A DNA stretch of 64,000 nt, from the IMG/VR virus record IMGVR_UViG_3300043409_001074; one strand, written 5' to 3'. Both the position numbers and the translations under genes were made by a program. The notes under the pieces were generated by a model. That model saw only the letters and a list, made by a program, of their open reading frames with translations. It did not search any database and had not been told where the DNA came from. Shown in pieces: positions 1 through 9,333 of this stretch (positions are counted from its first letter, which is position 1; every line of letters starts with the position of its first letter). The DNA is from an uncultured virus (IMG/VR IMGVR_UViG_3300043409_001074). Its lineage: Duplodnaviria; Heunggongvirae; Uroviricota; Caudoviricetes.

Positions 1-163
1 AAAAACAGGAATGTCAAGCATTATTTTCGCTATTTTTCAGTCAATAGTGAATCTTTTTCCTGACATTATTCTCTATTTTTAGACTCGTTTTCATAAACAT
101 AATTTCTCATATTCAACCGAGAATGTCAATGAGATTTATCATCATATTCCCTTAAAAATTCCG

Positions 164-192
164 TTGACAATGGTATGTCTATTGGCTATATT
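164..192 (+). promoter_or_regulatory. sigma70-like early promoter
   Basis: TTGACA-N17-TATATT upstream of ORF 236. Confidence 0.75.
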
Positions 193-235
193 CCTTGTAT
201 CGAAACCGCTAAAGAGACATGAAAAGGAATAGAAA

Positions 236-592
236 ATGACGTTTGATACAAAAATCCAGCCGCGCGTGACAATTTCATCCGGCCCGTCAGGCTTTGAGGC
301 AGTAATTAAGACTCCTTCAAATATTAAGACTCCTTCAAATACGGTAAATAATACCGTATTTGACGTTAATACAGTATGGGTATTTAGGAGCGGGAATCAA
401 TATCCTATTATTATCCGCAGTATCACAAACAACGTGGATACCGCGTCTTATCCGCGTATGATCACTTTTGAAACTGTCAAGGGAGAAATGCTGACATTGC
501 CAGCGAATACATTTAATTCCTCATTGACAAAGACGGAATTTAAGGCTATGAAATTTTCTGCGATCAAAAATGCCTTGAAGGATATCATCTAA
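236..592 (+). CDS. hypothetical early protein
   Basis: ORF with AAGGA RBS downstream of a promoter. Confidence 0.7.
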   Translation: MTFDTKIQPRVTISSGPSGFEAVIKTPSNIKTPSNTVNNTVFDVNTVWVFRSGNQYPIIIRSITNNVDTASYPRMITFETVKGEMLTLPANTFNSSLTKTEFKAMKFSAIKNALKDII

Positions 593-624
593 AAATAAAG
601 ATTGAAAATCCTGCAAAAAATATC

Positions 625-653
625 TTGACTACCAACATCTAATCGACTAATAT
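625..653 (+). promoter_or_regulatory. sigma70-like early promoter
   Basis: TTGACT-N17-TAATAT. Confidence 0.7.
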
Positions 654-721
654 CTCTCTCATAGGAAGCGGAATGGTTCTTCTTCCTACTCTGTGAAACA
701 AAACATAAGGAATTATACATT

Positions 722-1243
722 ATGAACGCTTCTACCGAAACCAACAATGCCGTTGTCGCCGCTGATATCCATGGTGGCCGTTATGCTCGCAAGCATGAAG
801 ACCGGGTTCGTATTACCGCGAATGAGGAAGCCCTTACCGGGCAGATTGCGGCAAGCCTGGAAGATTGCATGATTGCTTTGACTGGTAATCCCAATATGAT
901 TGCCACCATTCGTCGCAGTCCGAATCGGCGCTTCGCGCGTGTCCTGTTTGACGTTTTCATTGAAGACGGGAATGATAATCAGACCATCAATTCCGATCTG
1001 ACAATGGAGGAAGCCAAGGCTTTCGTTAAGGCGATTGAAACCGCTCATGTTTGGTTCACTCACAACAATGTCGCATCGTCGCAGGATGATGATAATACCG
1101 TTGTGGTCCTGGCCGATACCGTGGCCGATACCGTTGCCCAGGAGGTTGCCCAGGAGGTTGCCCAGGAGGTTGCCCAGGAGGTTGCCCAGGACGATACCGA
1201 GACTGTCACGGAAGCCACTACGGAAGGCGCTACGCAAGCATAA
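722..1243 (+). CDS. hypothetical acidic protein with VAQE repeats
   Basis: TAAGGA RBS; 12-bp tandem GTTGCCCAGGAG about 4 times in the C-terminal part. Confidence 0.75.
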   Translation: MNASTETNNAVVAADIHGGRYARKHEDRVRITANEEALTGQIAASLEDCMIALTGNPNMIATIRRSPNRRFARVLFDVFIEDGNDNQTINSDLTMEEAKAFVKAIETAHVWFTHNNVASSQDDDNTVVVLADTVADTVAQEVAQEVAQEVAQEVAQDDTETVTEATTEGATQA

Positions 1244-1338
1244 TACCATCGCCTAGACTAACATAGCTAATGGGATAGGGACAATTCAATAAACCCTATC
1301 CCATTAGGAATTTCTAATATCAAATAAGGATTGAAAAC

Positions 1339-1644
1339 ATGGATGATACTGAAAACCAATCTGATATTTCTAATTCTGGCCGAATCCCGAATCATCCTAA
1401 TGTAAAGGTATCGGCGGAACAACGCAAGGCAAATAGTAATTGGATTCGTAAGCGGGACCAATGGCGTAAGGAATATGAATCGACTGTTCGGGTAATTCGT
1501 TTTCTAAAGCGCGAAGTTAGGAACATGCCTACCTATGACGCCAGGACTACCCTTGCCGCCCTTCAGGATCGCGCCCTAGACCTTATGGATATCAGGGAGG
1601 GTATTGGTATCGGATTGAAGGCAACGGCATATCCATACGTCTAA
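1339..1644 (+). CDS. hypothetical protein
   Basis: TAAGGA RBS, 101-aa ORF. Confidence 0.7.
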   Translation: MDDTENQSDISNSGRIPNHPNVKVSAEQRKANSNWIRKRDQWRKEYESTVRVIRFLKREVRNMPTYDARTTLAALQDRALDLMDIREGIGIGLKATAYPYV

Positions 1645-1660
1645 TATGGATTATTTAATA

Positions 1661-1712
1661 AGGCTTATAGAGTCATTTTATGGTTGACTCTATAAGCCTA
1701 ATCGCATATGAT
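1661..1712 (+). promoter_or_regulatory. promoter overlapping a 15-bp inverted repeat
   Basis: AGGCTTATAGAGTCA...TGACTCTATAAGCCT; TTGACT(1684)-N17-TATGAT(1707). Confidence 0.7.
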
Positions 1713-1746
1713 GTTTTTATCGGAAAGAGGAAAAGGGAATAAGACT

Positions 1747-1881
1747 ATGGATGATTTTGATACCCAGGTTCAATGTGAGGAAGTATATGAGGGAAAATAT
1801 ACTAAAGAAGAATATGATGAATATATGCAATTTATTGACCAGGGTTCTCAATTCTGGGATGAAGTATTAAAATTTGAATGA
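1747..1881 (+). CDS. small acidic hypothetical protein (44 aa, MDDFDTQVQCEEVYEG...)
   Basis: Read manually; purine-rich RBS; downstream of a promoter. Confidence 0.6.
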   Translation: MDDFDTQVQCEEVYEGKYTKEEYDEYMQFIDQGSQFWDEVLKFE

Positions 1882-1896
1882 ATAATAAATAATTGT

Positions 1897-1970
1897 GTTA
1901 GTGTAGCTTAATGGCAAAGCGCGAGTCTCCAAAACTTGATACGTGGGTTCGATTCCTACCATTTTCGCCA
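1897..1970 (+). tRNA. tRNA-Trp(CCA), acceptor stem degenerate
   Basis: D arm, anticodon loop CT-CCA-AA, GGTTCGATTCC T arm, CCA end; two U-U mismatches in the acceptor stem. Confidence 0.7.
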
Positions 1971-2007
1971 TTTATCTTTTTATTTAGACTCATTATAGAT
2001 TAATTTC

Positions 2008-2036
2008 ACCCTGCTAGATTCAATGTCTAGCAGGGT
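2008..2036. terminator. bidirectional terminator hairpin between convergent units
   Basis: ACCCTGCTAGA-7nt-TCTAGCAGGGT. Confidence 0.65.
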
Positions 2037-2046
2037 ATTTCAATTT

Positions 2047-2274
2047 CTATTCATTAAATATATTAATATCTGAATAAAGAGGAAATATTTCAATATCTGT
2101 ATATTTCCTCTTATTTATTTCTAATTCTATAATTCTATTACCTACTTTCGTGCAATCATCTACCGTTTTCGCTGAATAATATTCATGCCGTTCATCAAAA
2201 TCCCAGCCATTGGGAGTCACTTCCCATTCCAAAAAAGTAATACGATATCCAGTAATCTCGCCAGTATTATTCAT
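2047..2274 (-). CDS. hypothetical protein (start revised to MNNTGEITG)
   Basis: Start overlaps the stop of the upstream ORF. Confidence 0.55.
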   Translation of the reverse strand: MNNTGEITGYRITFLEWEVTPNGWDFDERHEYYSAKTVDDCTKVGNRIIELEINKRKYTDIEIFPLYSDINIFNE

Positions 2275-2473
2275 AATAATTTGAATCCCAATCAATGGTC
2301 CAATGCTCATTCTTGGCTTGTGGCCATGCATCATGAAATTGTTCAAGAGCATGTTCGGTATTTTCAGCCTCACAAAACCACGTTTCGGCAGAATCGGTAT
2401 TTTCAATACTCAATTCAAACCGCCAGAAAATAAAATTAAAACGATACAGCCTTGGGGGATGAATGAGAGCCAT
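2267..2473 (-). CDS. hypothetical protein
   Basis: AGGA RBS; promoter TTGACA(2541)-N17-TAGTAT(2518). Confidence 0.6.
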   Translation of the reverse strand: MALIHPPRLYRFNFIFWRFELSIENTDSAETWFCEAENTEHALEQFHDAWPQAKNEHWTIDWDSNYYE

Positions 2474-2549
2474 TTTCCTAATCCTTATATGTCGGTTTCT
2501 GTCTATGAAGGTATACTAGACTATCATCATTCCTATGTCAATGAATAAA

Positions 2550-3245
2550 TCAATTCCCCTTAGCAATTTGGGATACCTTGTTTTTAGCATTGCCATGGGC
2601 CGGAAATCCAACAATGACCTTTCGATCCGCCCTAGCACATAGCTTGCAGGATTGGCACGTAACGCCCTCCATATAGGTCGCAGGACAGGTAACAACCCTA
2701 TGACCGGCCGGAGTATGGGTATCGTGACGGACGCCTTCCTTGGCGTCCTGGATGACAACAACGGGGCCAATATTCATACCCATAAGGAAATCAGCATGTT
2801 CAAGATTGTTCGCGGAAAGATTAATTGTGAATCCGTTATTATTAGCCAGCTTCACAACGTCTCTATTTTGAGAAAATCCCATAAAATGATGGGTATACGT
2901 GAAACCCATTTTGCCATTATTCGCAATAATTAGACGATCCATCATCTTCTTAGAAATAATATGTTTCCTATTTGTGGGATTCTGGGAAGGCAGATCACCA
3001 GCCTGATTATGTCTCCAAATTGATCCTTGTGGAATAGTGGATAGCTTATCACAAAAACCATTCCAAGACAAACCATATTTTGAATTGGAAAGCCTATCCC
3101 AATGGATGTTTAACGCCCCATATTTGGCGTAGCAGCCTGATTCCTTCAATGGGCAAACGTCAGGACACGTATCCTTAGAAGACGTTGAAACCGGAATAGG
3201 GCCGGTTTTCTGATTCCTTGATTCCATTGTGAGCATGTATCGCAT
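2550..3245 (-). CDS. Cys-rich conserved phage protein (possible metal or Fe-S binding)
   Basis: TCPDVCPLKESGCYA, RHNQAGD, YTHH and TCPA...TCQSCKLC motifs; promoter at 3282-3310; start MRYML. Confidence 0.7.
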   Translation of the reverse strand: MRYMLTMESRNQKTGPIPVSTSSKDTCPDVCPLKESGCYAKYGALNIHWDRLSNSKYGLSWNGFCDKLSTIPQGSIWRHNQAGDLPSQNPTNRKHIISKKMMDRLIIANNGKMGFTYTHHFMGFSQNRDVVKLANNNGFTINLSANNLEHADFLMGMNIGPVVVIQDAKEGVRHDTHTPAGHRVVTCPATYMEGVTCQSCKLCARADRKVIVGFPAHGNAKNKVSQIAKGN

Positions 3246-3368
3246 CTTATTAATACCTATGTTGTCTCTGTCTATAAACACATTATCCCACTAAACCCTC
3301 ATGGTGTCAACATGAAAATCTAGCAGGATAATATATTTTTTATTTAATATTATTAATCAGTAAGGCTA

Positions 3369-3719
3369 TTATGCGGCCTTGGCTACCTTACGCGCCTTAG
3401 TAACCATGGGCAGGACATTCTTATTGCTACCCTTACCCTGCCCAGCCTCGGCCTTGCGAACGGTATAATACCGGCGCGTGGAAGTCTTTTCACAAGAGAG
3501 AATTTGTTCCCGAGTGAGAATCACCCGAACCTTATCCTGATCCAGAGACTTTGCCGTTGTGGTGGAAAATTCCACATTGAAATTCGCTCCATACGAAACG
3601 GTATTGCTAGTCTTAATCAATTGTGCGTCAATCTTAGCCTTGAGTCGCTTGATTCGTTGATCAATCTTCCGCTGAAATTCGATTGACCGGGCATACTGAT
3701 CAGCAATAGATGCGGGCAT
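3369..3719 (-). CDS. basic hypothetical protein
   Basis: TAAGGA RBS, cassette promoter upstream. Confidence 0.75.
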   Translation of the reverse strand: MPASIADQYARSIEFQRKIDQRIKRLKAKIDAQLIKTSNTVSYGANFNVEFSTTTAKSLDQDKVRVILTREQILSCEKTSTRRYYTVRKAEAGQGKGSNKNVLPMVTKARKVAKAA

Positions 3720-3837
3720 GTTTCAATTCCTTACATGATGTTTATAGGGTTTCTTTTCCCTAGAACGTAATCTAGGCTATATCTGATCAGGAGTCAAGCT
3801 AAATCTGATCAGATATCGTCAGGATTACATGTATTAA

Positions 3838-4248
3838 TTAATAGACTGCAATCTGCGAATCCCGTTCAATATCCCAGTCTGGATTATTAGACTGCCATCC
3901 CTTTTCCCCATTAGGAAGATCATTATCTAGATCATGCATCTTGGCGATATACCAATTTTTGATACATTCATTAACGTTATTGGGAATCTTATTCTTGAAC
4001 ATTTCATCCCAATGATAGACACGAATTTTGCGCGCCTTCAATCCAATGGCAATCGTCCTATACAATTCATAGGACATACCTTGAACCCGATGAATAGAGT
4101 CTACTAGATCATAATCAAATGGCTTCCCTTGGCGAGCATGTTCCCAGCCTAGGCGAGCGTATTCCGTTCGGGTATCATCCTTGCGCCGTCCGATAATGGT
4201 CGCGCGGCCTGATCCCTTAACCTTGGTATTAGAAATAGACATAATCAA
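3838..4248 (-). CDS. hypothetical protein
   Basis: RBS; promoter TTGACA(4312)-N17-TATATT(4289). Confidence 0.7.
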   Translation of the reverse strand: MIMSISNTKVKGSGRATIIGRRKDDTRTEYARLGWEHARQGKPFDYDLVDSIHRVQGMSYELYRTIAIGLKARKIRVYHWDEMFKNKIPNNVNECIKNWYIAKMHDLDNDLPNGEKGWQSNNPDWDIERDSQIAVY

Positions 4249-4340
4249 TATTCCTTATCGTTCCAGGTTTTCTCTATGAACGTAATATAGGGGAATTTTA
4301 GTTAGGTGTCAACGATTAATTTCACGATATCAGAAGAAAT

Positions 4341-4676
4341 TCAATCCTCAATCATTGGGATAAATCTCAAAATTTCGATCATATCCATGGAGGATACCAA
4401 TTTTGGAATTGAATACTTTAATGCGAATAATTCAATCTTTCCGTTATGATAATCAAATTCCACCAAATCAGAGGCATGAATCTTAATATTTGGATTCAAT
4501 GGATAAAATCCATATACCATATAAATCTTTCCATTATTAGAAATACCATCCCAACCATTACAAAATCCCAATTTTCGTCCCATGACAACAATTTCAGTAT
4601 CATTATCCAAATTGAATAGAGGAGTCTCAATAATTGGATTATTGATAATTTCTGAATTAGAAATTAAATTATTCAT
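4341..4676 (-). CDS. hypothetical protein
   Basis: 111-aa ORF with AGGT RBS. Confidence 0.65.
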   Translation of the reverse strand: MNNLISNSEIINNPIIETPLFNLDNDTEIVVMGRKLGFCNGWDGISNNGKIYMVYGFYPLNPNIKIHASDLVEFDYHNGKIELFALKYSIPKLVSSMDMIEILRFIPMIED

Positions 4677-4708
4677 GATTCATACCTATTGTCTAGTTAA
4701 AGATAATT

Positions 4709-4793
4709 TGGTGCCCACGGAGGGACTCGAACCCCCACGTCTCACGACTGCGAGGCTTAAACTCGCTGCGTCTACCAATTCCACCACGCGGGC
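4709..4793 (-). tRNA. tRNA-Leu(TAA)
   Basis: Full cloverleaf, GCGAG-TTTAAGC-CTCGC anticodon arm, long variable arm, CCA. Confidence 0.95.
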
Positions 4794-5093
4794 ATAGTAT
4801 CAAAATTTAGATGAATTGGTATCACATTTCATACAATCCATATGATACCTTTAACGTTTATTCATCGGTAAACGATTCAATCCAGAATAGGGAGTCTAGA
4901 TATGGGTATCAACCATTTCATTCATTAGTGACCAACTAACTAGCCATTGATAAGATGGCGCGTATATTTAGAGATACATTAAACAGTCATTCTACACCTC
5001 TCATTCGTTATGTCGTCCCTAGATCAGTAATCTAGGCTATATCTGATCAGGAGTCAAGCATTAAATCTGATCAGATATCGTCTGAATTACCTT

Positions 5094-5243
5094 TATCAAT
5101 GTCTCAATAACGGTCGCAGTCTATAGAATTGCCTCGCAAAATATTACTATTTCGGGCTTTCCTAATACCATCTTACCCTATAGGTGAATAAATGCCTAAT
5201 CTAATGTTAGGTTTCATTCGTTCACATTATTGAGACATTGATA
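5094..5243 (-). ncRNA. candidate structured ncRNA (~150 nt)
   Basis: 17-bp perfect terminal inverted repeat plus inner stems with G-U pairs on the minus strand. Confidence 0.5.
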
Positions 5244-5381
5244 CCCAGCATATTCAAAAGAGAAATACCTATAATGGCTAATATACCAATCAAAGTTAAA
5301 AGTATACTTCCCCAAAATAGGTAAACATAAACTAAAAACATACTATCCATAATTATATATTTTAGTTTATGAATAGTAGGA

Positions 5382-5567
5382 TTACTCATATTCACGTTCC
5401 CGCTTCCATTCCCGATTACTCCGCTTCTTCGCCGATTTCATTTCTTTCTTACGCCATGTAGACCCAGGGGCAGGAAAACAACAAGGACAATCCCGCCCCC
5501 CAGGACCAATACAAAGAAACTTACCAGCCTTGGTATTATTACCATTAGTCGTCATGAGATTACTCAT
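5382..5567 (-). CDS. small Cys-rich basic protein
   Basis: AAGGT RBS; CIGPGGRDCPCC. Confidence 0.7.
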   Translation of the reverse strand: MSNLMTTNGNNTKAGKFLCIGPGGRDCPCCFPAPGSTWRKKEMKSAKKRSNREWKREREYE

Positions 5568-5596
5568 TTTCTAAGTTACCTTATTACTAACTATGT

Positions 5597-5776
5597 TTAA
5601 CGATTCTTCTTTGTGTCACGATACGGAACATGCTTGCTACCAAACTTCCTCCGATACATGCAAACAGTCTTATAGATATCATGGGCACTATACCCGGTAT
5701 ATCTGCTAATGTCAACAACATTCTCGCCATTGATATACAGAGTCAGAATATCCAATGTGACAGGATAGACAATCAT
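5597..5776 (-). CDS. small HTH-like protein (start revised to MIVYP)
   Basis: Cassette promoter plus AAGGT RBS; VVDISRYTGYSAHDIYK resembles an HTH. Confidence 0.6.
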   Translation of the reverse strand: MIVYPVTLDILTLYINGENVVDISRYTGYSAHDIYKTVCMYRRKFGSKHVPYRDTKKNR

Positions 5777-5869
5777 TTTCAAGTTACCTTGTTGAGTGTT
5801 CCTAGTTACTAATCTAGGCTTAATCCTTACCTGAGTCAAGTTAAAAGGTAGGGAAAAAGTATAAATTAG

Positions 5870-6031
5870 TTATTCGATATCATCATCCTCATTATCCCTA
5901 CAACATGGACAGTTTGCAGGGCCAGGACAAGCCCCTGGCCAGTCTGGATATCCACATTGACACCTATTGGCATTGCGCTCTTGTCTAGCAAAATACGCTT
6001 CTTCCGCAATATCCATATCCGTCATACTCAT
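5870..6031 (-). CDS. small Cys-rich acidic protein (53 aa)
   Basis: MSMTDMDIAEEAYFARQERNANRCQCGYPDWPGACPGPANCPCCRDNEDDDIE; GAGGT RBS; cassette promoter. Confidence 0.7.
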   Translation of the reverse strand: MSMTDMDIAEEAYFARQERNANRCQCGYPDWPGACPGPANCPCCRDNEDDDIE

Positions 6032-6122
6032 ATCTAAGTTACCTCGGTTATGTCCCTAGCAACTAATCTAGGCTATATCTGATCCAGAGTCAATAGAAAA
6101 AATGGATCAGATATTGTCAGGA

Positions 6123-6410
6123 TTACCTATTTTCGTTTCTGTAGTGTCGATTCCCACTATAGGCAAGAATACCTAGATTGTCCCTGATCCAGTTTCGTGC
6201 CTGATCAGGGTAATACCCATGCAACATATCATGATACCGCCATGATGCCCGATTATGAAAATCAGACAACTTCATATTACCTGTTTTAATGAAGAAGAAA
6301 TCCGCCGCATTACCTGTTTTAATATAGAACCTCGCCGCCGCTTCATGAATATTCATGCGACAATGCATTTCAATTTCACTCATTCCGGCCCAATATGTTT
6401 TCTTTTCCAT
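6123..6410 (-). CDS. hypothetical protein
   Basis: GAGGT RBS, cassette promoter. Confidence 0.75.
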   Translation of the reverse strand: MEKKTYWAGMSEIEMHCRMNIHEAAARFYIKTGNAADFFFIKTGNMKLSDFHNRASWRYHDMLHGYYPDQARNWIRDNLGILAYSGNRHYRNENR

Positions 6411-6507
6411 TTCTAAGTTACCTCATGTCATCCGTCTTATGAAAGTAATCTAGGCCATTTCCCTATCGGAGTCAAGTCTTATTTGATAGGGAAAAAGTAT
6501 AAATTAC

Positions 6508-6705
6508 TTATTCAATATTCGTAATGCCGAATACCGGATGATCAGGATCAAGCCTATCCTCATTAGTTATTACCATATCCAATCGAATCTTGAAATATTC
6601 ATCGCTTATTGCGTCATATATCGTAATGTCCGAGTCTAATTGTTCATCCTTCAATTTGGATAGAGCAATTAGTAAATTCCGATATGTGAAATTGAACGAG
6701 TCCAT
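6508..6705 (-). CDS. hypothetical protein
   Basis: RBS, cassette promoter. Confidence 0.75.
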   Translation of the reverse strand: MDSFNFTYRNLLIALSKLKDEQLDSDITIYDAISDEYFKIRLDMVITNEDRLDPDHPVFGITNIE

Positions 6706-6803
6706 TTCGTTATACCTTTTCTCTTATGAAAACTAATTTAGGCTAAATCCCTGCCAGAGTCAAGTTAAAAGGCAGGGAAAAAGTATAAATTAGTTATTGA
6801 TTA

Positions 6804-7136
6804 TTAAAAAGAAAAATTGTAATATTTCTCCCGAGTCCCAAAAATGATACCGATGCCGGAAGTGAGTCCACCTTCGCGCCATTGTCCCTTGCGCTGGCCA
6901 GACTTGACCTTGCGATAGGTGAACGTTCGCCCATTCAAATTCCGTGAATAATCGTAATTCTGAGTCTCACTCATGCCATTGGAGTCAATCCGCCGCGCGT
7001 GATCCTCTTGAACAATTACCTCTTTATCAGTTACAGATATGACCGTGCAAGGATAACGATCAGAGTAAGACAATACCGTTGCCGGCCCGTCCAATACAGG
7101 CAAAGAATTGTTATTGGCCAGAATACCGTTGATCAT
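6804..7136 (-). CDS. hypothetical phage protein
   Basis: GAGGT RBS, cassette promoter. Confidence 0.8.
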   Translation of the reverse strand: MINGILANNNSLPVLDGPATVLSYSDRYPCTVISVTDKEVIVQEDHARRIDSNGMSETQNYDYSRNLNGRTFTYRKVKSGQRKGQWREGGLTSGIGIIFGTREKYYNFSF

Positions 7137-7251
7137 TGTTCAGTTACCTCAATCTTGCTAGAAACTAATTTAGGCTTAATCCCTGCCAGAGTCAATAGTG
7201 AAAAGACAGGAAAAAAGTATAAATTAGTTATTGCTTATATCATTCCTTGTA

Positions 7252-7497
7252 TTATTCCTCAATTATGCCGATGATGGAATCGTCATTATCATTCTCACTA
7301 ATGAGAAACATATAACGTTCATGAGTAGAAGTATATCGGCGGATTCCAGGAGTCCCAGGAATGAGAACGTCTGAAATAATACCTAATGCACTATTTTGGA
7401 TATCATACATCCCATCACAAGATTCCGACAACGAATCCACCAATTCATCATCAGATAGGCTATCGATTCGTGTAGCAGGAAAATAGTTATTGGCCAT
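7252..7497 (-). CDS. hypothetical acidic protein
   Basis: AAGGA RBS, cassette promoter. Confidence 0.7.
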   Translation of the reverse strand: MANNYFPATRIDSLSDDELVDSLSESCDGMYDIQNSALGIISDVLIPGTPGIRRYTSTHERYMFLISENDNDDSIIGIIEE

Positions 7498-7614
7498 TGT
7501 GGTTTGTCTTCCTTATTCCTAGTTACTCATTGTAACCTAGGCTATATCTGATCCGGAGTCAATATAGAAAATGGATCAGATATCGTCAGGATTACCGAGA
7601 GAAAAAGTTATTGT

Positions 7615-8067
7615 CTACTTATTGAGACTCCTTTCCATAATGATAGAAGTAATTTCTTTTTTGTATTCTTCCTGAGTAACCTCCCCGGCCCGATACTTGT
7701 CATGAACAATCTTACCCTGAATAAAGGTATTCATGCGATTGACACTATCGGCAGGAACGCCAGCACCATAGTTATCCCGGAAAGCAACGCAATCCGCAGT
7801 ATCCATATACTCATGGAGTCCAGCATGTTGAACGTGTCCCTGATCATCCAGAAACATAGCCCCAGCCTGAGACGAATATGTGGAATACTTAGGCTTGTTC
7901 CAAATATGATACTTTTTCGGATTGCTTGTCTGACTACAAAACCGGACCCCTTTGTTATTGGATTCCAACCAATACCGAATCTTGCACCTTAGACGAAAAC
8001 CATAGGGATAGTCACACACAAGGTATGAAGTATCGGCGGAAACATGGCCCGAAAGAACATTAACCAT
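7615..8067 (-). CDS. hypothetical phage protein
   Basis: GAGGT RBS, cassette promoter. Confidence 0.8.
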   Translation of the reverse strand: MVNVLSGHVSADTSYLVCDYPYGFRLRCKIRYWLESNNKGVRFCSQTSNPKKYHIWNKPKYSTYSSQAGAMFLDDQGHVQHAGLHEYMDTADCVAFRDNYGAGVPADSVNRMNTFIQGKIVHDKYRAGEVTQEEYKKEITSIIMERSLNK

Positions 8068-8291
8068 TTTCTGAGTTACCTCTGTTTTCCCTAGTTACTA
8101 ATCTAGGCTAAATCCCTGCCTGAGTCAATAGGCTAACAGGGAAAAAGTATAAATTAGTTATATTTTATTACCTTTCATAAGACGTTGATATTGCTGATAA
8201 ATCCGTAAAGAGTTAAGGAGTCGAATTATTGAGAAAAATATGAGAATTAGTCTCAATATTGGGACAAAGAAATATTCTCAGTTATTTGTTA

Positions 8292-8513
8292 TTACTGGCC
8301 AGGATAGGGCGGAATGCTGATTCCGTCATCCACCCAGGCAGTATTCTTGCGATTCACCTTGACATGCTGAATCGAAAACCAGCCGAGTCGCGTTGTCGTG
8401 ATTCCACCCCGCTTGTTGGAAAACCATGCCGGAGTCTTGCGAACAAACCGGATTGTGGTCTGATTCTGGCCAACCGTCACGTTTAGGACGCGACCATGCT
8501 TTTGAATCTTCAT
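8292..8513 (-). CDS. hypothetical protein
   Basis: GAGGT RBS, cassette promoter. Confidence 0.7.
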   Translation of the reverse strand: MKIQKHGRVLNVTVGQNQTTIRFVRKTPAWFSNKRGGITTTRLGWFSIQHVKVNRKNTAWVDDGISIPPYPGQ

Positions 8514-8597
8514 AGTTACCTCTATTAGTTTTCCCTAGCAACGAATCTAGGCTCAATCCATACCGGAGTCAATAGGCTGGCATGGAAAGAGTCTAAA

Positions 8598-8837
8598 TTA
8601 GTTATCGAGCATATATGAGTCAAACCATGGACCATAGTTGCGAGTCCGCGCCTTGCCAGTCTTTGTTGTGCATCCGGCCGATGACGTTTGCGGATCACGG
8701 CAATGTGCCTGAGCCTCGGCCAGAGTTAGATTACGATGGATCGTAATCTTGCGTTCCCGATTCGCAAAGATGCGAACAATCTTATAGCGATTCGTATCCG
8801 CGAATGTATAGCGCCGAGTATGTTCTTCCTGAGTCAT
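8598..8837 (-). CDS. hypothetical protein (start revised to MTQEEH)
   Basis: GGAG RBS just downstream of the cassette promoter. Confidence 0.75.
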   Translation of the reverse strand: MTQEEHTRRYTFADTNRYKIVRIFANRERKITIHRNLTLAEAQAHCRDPQTSSAGCTTKTGKARTRNYGPWFDSYMLDN

Positions 8838-8925
8838 TTTATATACTCCATTTTCCCTAGCAACTAAACTAGGCGCAATCCCTACCTGAGTCAAGTTTAA
8901 TCGGTAGGGAAAACGTCTAAATTAG

Positions 8926-9333
8926 TTAATTCAAGTCTTCATCCGAGTCAGGTTCCGCATATGCCGATGCTATACGTTCACCGCTATGCTCACAATATAG
9001 GTCCGCGTCTTCCCAATTAACTTCTACCGCGACAACACCCCATCCATCCTGATAATCGTGCCGAACGGAGTCAGTCACGAGTCGCAGATTCTTGCGAACA
9101 GAGTCGAAAGATAGGGCGCATCCATCCGTTGTAATAAAATATAATGGATACCCACCTAAATCGGTATATTTACCGTATCGCAGCGCCGCCCGCAGTTTAT
9201 GTGTGTTCTGAATTGTCTTATACGATCCAGAATAGACCGGACGTAGTGGCCGGTCACGTGACCAATTAGCGTTGCGCGTATCATAGAGCGCACCATAGTC
9301 CGAGTCGCAGACAAACAAGTGATTCGGCCGCAT
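8926..9333 (-). CDS. hypothetical phage protein (start revised to MRPNH)
   Basis: GGAG RBS just downstream of the cassette promoter. Confidence 0.75.
   Translation of the reverse strand: MRPNHLFVCDSDYGALYDTRNANWSRDRPLRPVYSGSYKTIQNTHKLRAALRYGKYTDLGGYPLYFITTDGCALSFDSVRKNLRLVTDSVRHDYQDGWGVVAVEVNWEDADLYCEHSGERIASAYAEPDSDEDLN

Noticed and set aside
713..1256. Antisense and alternative-frame ORFs with LLGN or RRLP repeats
   Set aside because: Shadows of the 12-bp tandem repeat in ORF 722-1243.
5094..5243. Retron msr-msd
   Set aside because: No reverse transcriptase anywhere in the window.
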